This document shows positions 53,639-64,000 of a DNA stretch of 64,000 nucleotides, piece by piece. The notes beneath the pieces are model-generated. The model was not told the DNA's origin and searched no databases. It worked only from the letters and a program-made list of their open reading frames with translations. The position numbers and the translations under genes are program-made. Positions within the stretch are counted from its first letter, which is position 1, and every line of letters begins with the position of its first letter. The DNA is from Camelus ferus (taxonomy: Eukaryota): contig NC_045696.1 of NCBI RefSeq assembly GCF_009834535.1, forward strand, positions 52,082,001-52,146,000, in the 5' to 3' direction.

Positions 53639-55524
53639 AGTGGAGTGTGCAGATAGAAATAAAACTGTAGTTATTCACAGAAAACATGATTGTGTTCCTA
53701 AAAAAGAACCCATAAAATCTAATAAAATTAATAAGTGAATTTATCAAGATTCCTGGCTACTAAGTGAAACAATATATAAATTAATTATTTTGTTATATAG
53801 TAGCAACAGACATTTAGAAAATTAAATAAAATAATACCATTTACAAGAGCATAAAATAAAATATCGTAGATAAATAGAAAAGTATTAAAGTCTTTGCAGA
53901 ATAAACTATAAAACATCACTGAGAGAAATTAAAGACTAAAATAAGTGGGAAATATAATACATTATCAGATTGAATATCAATTTCCCCAAAATATAATATT
54001 GATCAAAACTCCAGAAAATTCTATTTTGTGGATATTGACAAGCAGATTCTAAGGTTTTTATGGAAACAAGTTACCAAGAATAATAAAAAGAATACATAAG
54101 GATTTACACTACCAGGTACAAGACTTCTTTTAAGCCTACACTAATAACAAATCTAATGTTAGCACAAAGATAGACAAATAGACCCGTTCAATGGAACAGA
54201 ATAAGGAGTCCAGAGATAGACATACATAGTTGTAAGCACCCGACTTAACGATAAATTACTGCTGAAGTAGCTGGGTAAAGGACTACTTTTCTAATAAATG
54301 GTGCTTAATCAGTTAAGACATCTGCCTCCAAAATAGAAAGGAATCTTGCCACCCCAACCCCCCCCCCCACATCTTACACAAGAAATAAATTCCAGGTAAA
54401 ATGCAGACCTAAATGTTAATGGCAAACAATAAAGCTTCTAGAAGATGACAAAGGAAAACGTCTTTATGATCTTATGGTAGGCAGAGGTTTTTCTTTTTTA
54501 AAACTATAAAAAAACACTATAAAAGAAGAGATGGATAAATTGAAATTCATTAAAATAAAAAAATGTTTATCAAAAGAAAACTGTAAGAGAATGAAAAGAC
54601 AAGCTTCAGAGTAAGAGAAGATATCTGTGATATGTATACCTGACAAAGGACATGCATCCATAAAGAAATACCTTCAGGTCAACAACAGAAACAGTAACTA
54701 ATCCAACTGGAAAACGTCAATAAACTTCAAAATGAACATCACAAAAGAGAATATCTAAATGAAAAAATACACATGTAAAAAGATACTTAATTTCACTAAT
54801 CACCAGAGAAATGCAAGCCACGATGGGCTACCATGCCACATATGCTAGAAAAGCTGAAATGAAAAAGTCAGAAATTGGAACTTTCATATACTGATACTGA
54901 GAATAGGAATTGATATAATGACTTTGGAAGTTATTTGGTGATATTTACTAAAACTGAACATAAGCATATCAGTAATATCACTCTTTAGTATATTTCCAGC
55001 AAAAATACTTAGACATGAACAAAACATGTTCTAGAATATGCATATGGTAACCACTATTCATAATGACTCTAAACTGGAAATAATTCAAATCCTATCTACA
55101 GGAGAATAGCTAAAAAAAATTAAATTGTAATATATTCACACACACGAGTATTATAAAGCAATGAAAAGTTTTTTAAAATGTGCAACTACACAGAGCTGCA
55201 ACACAACATGAAAGTATCTTACAAACCTAAGTGAAAGAAGACATACCACGTGATTCAATTTCTACATTGTTTGAAAACAGTCAAAACTACTCTCTTGTAT
55301 TAAAAATCAGGATAGCAGTTGCCCTAGGGGAGTCAGGGGTGGAAGGAGGGATGATGGGAGCTCTGTGGTCTGGTAACACTTTGTTTCTTGGTCTGGGTTT
55401 CATTTGCATGAGTATGTTCACTTTCTGAAAATTCATCCAGATGTATACTTATGATTTCTTCACTTTTTTATATGTATGTTTTATTGTAGTAAAGCATTTA
55501 ATTTAAAAATTAACTTAAAAAAAT

Positions 55525-57425
55525 AGCTGTGGTCGCAAGAGGGTTGGGTGAACTCCCATTGCTTTTATTTTTCTCTGTCTGCCTTCTCACCATTTGGCCT
55601 TGAACATGAGCACAGTCATAGAAATGTACATCAGAGTGCAGTAAATAAAGTCACAACTTGTTGGCTGGAGGACCACAAAGGGGAGTGCCAGGCAATTGAA
55701 AAATACCAGTGATATCACAGAGAGAAAAGGACTCAGAGAAGTAATGTCATAAAGCTGTTATTCTGGGCTCATCCCAAGCTGAATATATATGGATCTGATT
55801 TTAATCAGCATACAAAAGAAATAGAGAACTAAATTAACAGATAGACCAGTGCCTAGGTCCAAGAATGGCCATTGGTACACACAAAGGATAGATCCGAAAA
55901 GTACTGAAAATAAAACTGGCATCAAAACCAAAGAAAGCACCTTATAAACTGTGACCTCAACTAACCATATCAATTGCCTGCTAAAACAAAAATGTCAACA
56001 TTCTTCACAGACTTTAAGAAAGACTCAAAATCACATAGTATTAAACATGTCCAGGTTACAATCCAAAATTACTAGGCATATGAAGAACCAGGAAAATCTC
56101 AACTCACATAAGAAAAGATAATTAACAATAACAAACACTGAAATGAGACAGATGTTGAAATTGTCTGAAAAAGACTTTAAATTAGCTATTATAAAAATGC
56201 CCCAACAAGAACAGTCTTGAAACACAAAAATAAAAACAACAAAAACAACAACAAAATTACTGGATGCTCTCAATAACAAAATCAAGATGACAGAGAAAAG
56301 AGTTACTAAGCATTAAAACAGATAATTGAAATCATCCAATGTGAACAACAAAGAGAAAAATAACTAAGAAAATACTCAGGGACCTGTGGGACAATAACAA
56401 GAGGTCTAGCATTCATGTCATCATAGAATCAGAAGGAAAGGAAAAAGGGTACAATGCTGGAAAATATTTGGATAAATAATGACTGGAAACTTCTCAAATT
56501 TTGTGAAATACATAAATCTACAGATTTGAGAAGCATAGCTAACTCCAAACAGAATAGAAACAAACAAATGAAAAATTCATATCCAGATACATCAAAACTG
56601 AACCGTGAAAGCTGAAGATAAGGAAAAATATCTTAAAAGCATCTCGAGGAAATCACACATCACTTATAGGGGAACAATAATCCAAATGACTGGATTTCTC
56701 ATCAGAAACCACAGAATTTAGAAGGAAATGATACATCTTTTTTTTTTTAAAGTGCTGAGAGAAAAGGACCATCAATACAGAATTCTGTGTCCAGTAAAAA
56801 TAGCTTTATAGAAGTGAAATAAAGATATTGTCAGATGAAAAAGAGCTATAAAAATTGGCTGCTAGGATTGCTATAGGAAGTTCTCCAGACAGAAGAAAAA
56901 TGATACCAGAGGAAAATTTATACATCAAGAACAAAGGAAAAGCAAGAGAAATTATAAACATGAGTAAACATAAACTATTCCTCTCCTCTTGGATTCTTTA
57001 AAATATGTTTGAGAGTTGAAAGAAAAAATTAAAACATTATCTGATGGGGTTTTCAATATAAGTAAAGATAATATATGACAACAATAATGCAAAACTGAGA
57101 GAGTAAAAGAACTTATTCTGTGGCAAGTTCTACATTCTACTTGAAGTGACAAAATAGCAATTCTAAAAGGCTATGAAAAGTTAAGTATAAAAATTATAAA
57201 CTATGCAGTAACCTCTAAAATTACATAAATATATGATCAAAAACACAATAGATAAATTAAAATGGAATACTGTAAAAAATGCTCACATAATGTCAAAACA
57301 AGGCAGGAAATGGGAAATGGAGGAATAGAAAAGAGAGGGAACAAACAGGAAACAAAATAAAAAATGATGGACATAAATCCAAACGTACCAATTATTATAA
57401 TAAATGTAATTATCAATACACACAC
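55525..57425 (+). mobile_element. Old L1 (L1MC/MD-like) 5'UTR and ORF1 fragment
   Basis: aaaattactaggcatatgaagaaccaggaaaat...gagacagatgttgaaattgtctga...gggacctgtgggacaataac...gatttctcatcagaaacca. Confidence 0.75.
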
Positions 57426-57453
57426 ACAAATTAAAATTTCCTGTAGTCATATG

Positions 57454-57799
57454 CAGTTGGCTCTCCATAGCCACAGGTTCTGCATCTTGGATTCAACCAA
57501 CCACCTATCAAAAATATTCAAAAAATATTCCAAAAATCTCCAAAAAGCAGAACTTAAATTTGCCCTGCACTGGCAATTATTTATGTAACATTTACATTAT
57601 ATTTACAACTACTTATATAGTATTTACATTGTACTAGGTACTATAAGCATTCTAGAGCGGATTCAAGTGTAAAGGGGGAATGTACGTAGGTTATATGCAA
57701 ATATTATGCCATTTTATATAAGGGACTTGAGCATCCTCAGATGTTTATACCCCTGGAGGTCCTGGAACTAATGCCCCCACAGATACAAAGGGATGATTG
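57454..57799 (+). mobile_element. MER2-like Tigger (TcMar) MITE
   Basis: cagttggctctcca...ggattcaaccaacc...taggttatatgcaaata...agggacttgagcatcc...ggaggtcctggaac...agggatgattg, followed by TA. Confidence 0.88.
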
Positions 57800-60509
57800 T
57801 ATACTAAGAAGGAAGCAAACATGGTACCGTGGTATGGACTAACAACAAGGCCTTACCTTAGATAGGAAGATCTAAGAAAGTTGCTTTGGAGAGGTATCAT
57901 TTAAGCTGAGACTACAGAGTCAAGAGAGGCCTACCTAAGAAAAGAGTGAGTTTAAAAGCACCAGTTCCAGTATGCTTCAATGAGAACACTGAGAGAAAGT
58001 GAAAGTTGAATAGTCACAGTTCTCTCCCAAAGCAAGATAAGATTTGCAGCACCTCAAGTTCACTCAACAGCAAATACCACTAAAAGTCAATCACTCCCTG
58101 GGGGAAATACCAGAGAAATAGAAAACTTCACTGGGTCCTGGCTGGAATAACATCTTGTGGAACTAGACAGATCCCCCATGCATTGGCTGATATTGGGGAA
58201 GAAGGGAAACAGAAGTGCCTTCATTTGCAGCTGCCATTGCTGCACACAAAGCTCTTCTACCAACGGAGGGCTGTCATTCCAAAGAAAAACACTTTGACTG
58301 TAGCTGCCAAGTGGAAGTCTAGAACTCTGCTTCATTCCACAGAACAATCTCACCTGAGCAGGTGTATCCTGAGGTGAACTATACTACTGCTACTATGGTT
58401 ACCTGGAAGTTGGAGATCAAGCCTTCAGCCCCTCAGCAGCACAGGGTAACCAGCACAATGAGCCATTCCATGGCTGCGAAAGAATTCTGAAAACTACAGC
58501 CCCAGCATCTCCTGGCCAAGCTCCTATACAACAGTAACTAGTGACAAAATCGCCTCCTGCTCTCTCCCTGGACACTCTAATCAACAGTTGTACATAACTA
58601 TCCATGTTCCAAGTGGTTGAAGACCAGTATCAACAAGATAGAACGTCCTTAGTTTGGCTCATACAGCTTATCCAGAATCTTTTTTCCTTTTTCTCTCCAC
58701 ATTGCTTTGCTTCATTCCTAGATTTTGGATTGAATTCATTTGTTACTTGCATTATTGTGCTTTGGGCTAGTCTTCAGATCTTGGCTTCACTGGCTTAATG
58801 ACAACTAGTCTCTACAGACTTTGACAAAACAAGAAAAATCACTCTTTCTTTTCGTGCCGCCCAACTCAAGTGGGACAAGTCTTCATTTTCTTAGCTCTTG
58901 TATTCAACCCTGAAATCATCCACAGAGATGTCTTCCAGGTAAGGCTTTTCTCATTGTAAGGGAAGGTCAGGGCACTGGCAAGTCACCCTCTTCAAATAAG
59001 AAAAAATGGCTCCAAAGGAAGAAAGGGAAAAACACCTGCTACTCCATCTCTAACTTTGGCTTTCTAAGAAATCTATTTTTCTGGGCAAAGGTGAACCAAA
59101 AAAAAAAAAAAATTGGAAAGACAAGGGTGCATTTTGTTTTGTTTTGTTTGTGAAGAAATGGGCCTATTTCCATAGATGGAACAATATAACTGGAAAATAA
59201 GTGGGGGAGGAGTCTAGTAAAAATGAAATAAGAAAGGGCAAATTTTGTGACATAACTGACTCTAATTATTTAAATCCATTTTAAAATTTGGTGCCAAATC
59301 GTGTTGTTTTACTTTTTACTATATGAAGTAGAACATGGATCTGAGGCATCCATGTATAATGCTAAAGATTTAATACTAAGTGTGTTCTACTACTGCAAAT
59401 ATGGCCAAAGTCTCTAAATAGATAACAAAATGCCATACCAACAAAAGTGTGCAAAATTGCTAATAAACTCAGCTCATAGGAAGAGGAAACGATTGTTACA
59501 ATCTCATTCCCTATATAAATCTCCAACTCAAGGCATTCTGCAATTGTCACTGGGTCAACACGACAAAAGCAAGGGATTAAGTTAAATCCTGGCCTTTTCA
59601 GTCAAACAGATGGATAAATGCTCATGAGAACAGCACATGGACCAGGAAGATGATAGCAGAAAATTGCCCATGCTCAGCTCACCTCTGTGTGACTGAACCC
59701 TGTTCTGCATGTTTTCAGATGACTTAGGAGGGCAGGGTAGTTATCCTGGAAGTAGCCAAATAATGGTCCTCTACTAGGAAGACATACTGAAATCACTAGG
59801 GAAGGTCTTTTGTTTTTTCATTTTTTTCCCCAAATTAACCTTTCCCTCCTTCAGCTGAGAGCTATGGACTAATTAATTGGTATAGTCATTTTAGGTAAAG
59901 GACATGAAGAAAATTAAGGTATGATGGTAGGCTTTCCATGAACAACTATGCCTCTTAAAAATACTCCAAAAAGCCAGTATTCTGACAATATTCTGAGAAG
60001 CCAAAAATATTGGTTAACTTTACATAACCATGACTGGGTACTGCACCAAAATAAGAAGGCTACTTGACTCCACATCTGCCTCAATCAACAGCATGCAAGG
60101 GAGAGGCCCAATATGCCAACTAACCATTCCACATCTTAGGGATGACTCACCTTGACAGGAAGAGCAGCGTGTTTCACTCTCATCTCATTGAACTCTGTTC
60201 ATTTTCACATAACACCACATGGTTCCTAGTATGTACTACAGAGGCAACTTTAGATCTACATGCCATGAGTGAGCTGGAGCAGTGTTCTCTGTTTCTCTTG
60301 TCTCATTGTCATGGCAACAAAGAGGAAAGGTGGCAGTCAGGCTTTATACCAGGACTGCTGGTATATGGGCCCAGGCCTCTCCCCCTCTAAGAAATTTGGA
60401 CCACAGTCACACATGAGTTCTGCTTAGAGTAAAAGGAAACCAGGTCATATTAAAGGCAAGTTATTTTGCCTTTTATCCTGTTCTAACCAGGAAGTTTAAA
60501 GATCTCTAA

Positions 60510-60925
60510 AACATTGTTTTCAAACTTTCAGGTATACTATTAGTGGTCTTGAAATTAAGATAGTGGGTTGTAGACTTTAAAAGAAAAAGAAAGATAGAAT
60601 AGGATAGGATAAAATGAGATAAATTGGTGTAGAATGGAAAATATTTATAAGTAGCACACATAGAACAAGTACATATTGTGAAATTTTTGTTTCAATTTAT
60701 AAATGTCTGTATGAATGTACTAGGTCGTGATTTAAATGCATTTCTTTCTGTGGATTATGAAAATATTTGAAAATACTGCCATGAGGGGTACCAGGAAGCA
60801 CTACTGGAATTTAGTGGACAGGGAAAAAACGTGGCTTGAAGTCCTGCAATATGGGGACTAATTCCTTATACAGGAGAACTGGCCAGCTCCCAAAGCCAAT
60901 AGCATTTCTGTGAGAAATGCTATTT
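60510..60925. mobile_element. hAT-Charlie-type MITE fossils (second part MER20B-like)
   Basis: ttttcaaact...tttgaaaatactg termini; gcactactggaatttagtgg...tcctgcaat...ccaatag...tgagaaatgct. Confidence 0.55.
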
Positions 60926-62309
60926 GAGCAATCAAATAGGTCTGTTAACTCAATTCATACGTGGTGAGAAGAAAGTGTTTCCAAGTATCCTTTTGTATCA
61001 AGACACTGACCTCCACTGGAGATCTCTTTATAGGCCCTTATCTGGGAAGTGTACACTGCTCTATTCTGCAAATTAAGGCTTCTGTTCCAAGCACCCACCA
61101 ATCTGATACTAAATTCATTAGCAAAATGAAGTGAAAAGAACATAAATAAAAAAGAACAACATAAATTGCTATTAATGGAGTTTCATGCATGTTACTCCCC
61201 ACACAATGTACTAAAATTGGACTCATCTCTACTGGAGTGTCTCCATACAAGTATCTGTTCTTTTCAATACACAGCATTTCAGGAGGGAGCTTTTCCTTAA
61301 AGCAACAAAGACATTTTATAAAGCTCCCTTTTGAGGCTAAACTTGAGAATTTTTACCATCAATTTATATTTATTGAGTATCTACTCTTTGGTAGGTCCTC
61401 TATTCCATAGACAGGATCCAATAAGGAAAAACCATGGTTCTGGACTGAAAAAGTGAAATTGTAGTATTTTTTTAGAGTACAGATATTTCTTACTTCCTGT
61501 GACTTACTTTGTGTGACAGTGATAAACAGCTCATAATGCTTCATCTGCTATACTTATCCACAGAATCTAGAAACAGCCTAATATACAGTCTTTAAAATGA
61601 AGACAAAATCAGCTGTCAGTATTCTAATGCAGCACAATATTTACATACTTACACTTGAGTTGGGAAATGTTTCTTGTTCAGAGCAGAATATAGTCTATTC
61701 TATAGATTTTTTTAAGACTTGGTTATCTTTCCCAAGTTTGAAATAATAGATGTTTTGAAGATATCCAAATGGGTTTTCTTTTGTTGTTCTTGTTTCAGTT
61801 TTGTTTGTTTGTTTTATGCCAAGGGGATAAATCAACTAGCAACACAGAAGGAAATTCAAAGGTTAGTTTTATTAAATTAATAACAAAAATGTATGCATAC
61901 ATACTAGGAAAACATTAAGTAGAGTCCTGTGCCTCAAATATATTTTGAAGCACACAAATTAGGAGGTTCTAGATTCAAAATAATGACAAATATAAAGGAC
62001 ATTCTAAAATTCATTAATAAGCTAGATGCAGATGAATCACTATCATTAAAGGGGCATAGACCAAGAATAAAACTGTGCCCTGAATATCTAACTAACCTGT
62101 CCTTAAAGTGGCCATTTTCACAGAGGACTGAAAGTAGATTGGCAGTGTGACTCAACAACAAAAAAAGGGTTTAGAAGCAGTCTTGGCAACCAAAGACAAA
62201 CAAGCGGAATATGTACAAAAGGGTAAGACCCTTGAAAGGCTTAAGCCTCACTTGGTTAACTGAGCCTCTCACGTCTGGGCTTCCTGTGGGGTTAAATAAG
62301 CATCGCTTA

Positions 62310-62470
62310 ATGCAGTAACTAGAATATAAGATCTACCCAAACTTTCAGAAAGATTTTGATAAAATTTCATAGCAAAAACTGTGTGAAGAAATTTTAAGTA
62401 AACATAGAATTAGGATTATATATTTCCACAAGCATGGAATTATCTTAAGTATAGGAACCAAGGTATGAAG
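62310..62470 (+). mobile_element. L3/CR1 LINE reverse transcriptase fragment
   Basis: atctacccaaactttcagaaagattttgataaaatttc resembles the IYLDFQKAFDKV motif of CR1 RT. Confidence 0.55.
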
Positions 62471-62949
62471 TGTAGATGTGGAAAAGACAAGTAGCATTTT
62501 TATAAACTTTGTAATTCAAAGTACATAATTTGTGACTATGTAATTCAAAGTGACATCTGCATATCCTTTAGAGCTCACTGTCCTCTTCAGACAGTAAAAT
62601 ATCAAACTACAGCATCATGGAATCCTAAAGAGCTGGTATGGCTCCCCATATACTACAGATTAAGAAACCAAGATTCAAAGAGGATTAACAACTGCCTAAT
62701 ATGAAAACATAAACATCAGGAAGATTTTATAAAATGTACAAATTAGAACAAAAGTTACTATGAGTTCCCCTGTGGGCACGTGTTGAGTATTACATATTAC
62801 TAGTGATAAAGAATATGAATCTATGTACTTAAATATAACCTTCAAAACATGGTCCTCCCAAAAAAGGACCTTAAAAGAATTACAGTACATTCTCTGAACA
62901 TCTTGATGTGTTGTGGCTATACAAATGCCAAAAATGCTGGGCATCAACA

Positions 62950-64000
62950 GAAGTGCTATGAATCTAGACTTGAGGATCTCCAACATTTAACTGCTGGATA
63001 TCAGAGAATATGCCTAACAAAGGAGATAACAAGAGAATAGCAAGGGGCATAGGAAGAAAATCAGAAGCACATGATGCCAAGGGAAATAGGGCAGAAAGTG
63101 TTTCAAAAAAGAGGAAGTGGTCAGCAAAGTCAAATGTTCAATGAGACCTCAATAAGAGTTAATTTGGATAAACAATCAAATAAATACAAACTCAACCAAA
63201 AAAAGTTAATTTGGTGAAGTGATAGAGGTCTCAGAAGCAGATGGAGTGAATTGATGAATGCATTGGTGAGGAAATGGAAATAGAGAGCATAAACATCTCT
63301 TTGGTGAAATTTGAGTGTAGATAGGGAAAAGAGAAAGGGCAGTAGCTAGTTGCATTTTCTTTCTTTATAAATGACCCCGAAACTCACCAAAGCCAGGAAG
63401 CTGACTCACACATGACTCCTCCATCATCCTCCACACCCATTTAATCATTATGTGGTAAGATTATATTTCCACACTCTTGAGTATATCATCTTGTATTATC
63501 TTCCAATGACTCACCAACAGTGACAGGATAAAATCTAATCTCCTGAGTACAGGATGTAGAGCCTTTTATAATCTGACCAACATTACCCTTCCAGCTTTAC
63601 TTTTTACTTCCACCCTAAGATGCAGCCATACTAAACCAGTTGCCATTTCTGAATGACCCAGGCTTTCTCATTCCTCTGGGCCTCCATGCATACTGTTGCT
63701 TTTTCTTGGAATGTTCTTCCCCAATGCAACTAGTCACCCCCACCTTCCGGTCCCCACGCTTCACCTATCAAACATATTCATCTTTCAAATCTCCATTTAA
63801 ATATCGTCTTTGTAAATCCTTCCTTGATTTCCTAAGTAGATTTTATGATCCCATAGTAACTTTATTTAGACTCTTCCTAAGGTATTAATACTTACAGAAT
63901 TCTTTTGTATTTGAGACCCCAGCAGCCCATAAGTCTCCTGAGAGCAGACTCTATATTTTCAGTTGTATATCTCTATGCTTTGCACATAGTTAGCACTAAT
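62950..64000. mobile_element. L2 fragments (minus ~62950-63350, plus ~63400-64000)
   Basis: gatgccaagggaa...gtttcaaaaaagaggaagtggtcagc...gtcaaatg; caggataaaatctaatctcctgag...gccttttataatctgacc...ttggaatgttcttccc. Confidence 0.7.

Larger units (their letters stand above)
42760..55520 (+). mobile_element. Old near-full-length L1 (L1M/L1MD-like), split by a younger L1
   Basis: ORF1-like tcaatgaatgggtttaacagcagattagacac (43890); ORF1 resumes at 52170 (aactaccaacctagaattcta); decayed ORF2 52850-55100; 3'UTR to ~55520. Confidence 0.75.

Noticed and set aside
58895..58938. Kinase catalytic-loop exon (PEIIHRDVFQ)
   Set aside because: HRD is not followed by the xKxxN pattern and no other kinase motifs are nearby; likely chance
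1..64000. CRISPR array, operon or other prokaryotic system
   Set aside because: Sequence is mammalian; no regularly spaced direct repeats or dense coding regions

Overview
Mammalian, AT-rich, repeat-dense genomic DNA. It is most likely camelid, based on a Vic-1-type tRNA-derived SINE at ~19874 and cetartiodactyl-type young L1 3' ends. No intact protein-coding gene is visible. Almost all ORF-track entries are chance ORFs, simple-repeat ORFs or broken LINE-1 ORF1/ORF2 pieces. The + strand is A-rich and most L1s and MaLR LTRs lie on +, which suggests (inference) a large intron of an unidentified gene transcribed on the - strand. The clearest structure is a four-level nested LINE-1 at 42.8-55.5 kb: an old L1, containing a full-length younger L1 (15-bp TSD), containing a ~1-kb truncated L1 (14-bp TSD, with a 238-bp pure-purine GAA expansion), containing a 71-bp antisense L1-like piece (15-bp TSD). 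Other elements include MLT1, LTR16 and LTR33 solo LTRs, MER2, MER63 and MER20-type DNA transposon fossils, and many MIR, L2 and L3 fragments. Repeat subfamily names are recalled from consensus sequences, not searched. Non-repeat highlights are candidates only: small minus-strand exon-like units at 17.6-18.3 kb, a strong-Kozak first-exon candidate at 34.7 kb, two plus-strand exon-like units, and motif-dense enhancer candidates at 4.3-4.6 kb and 17.4 kb. I cannot support a new biological system from the sequence alone.
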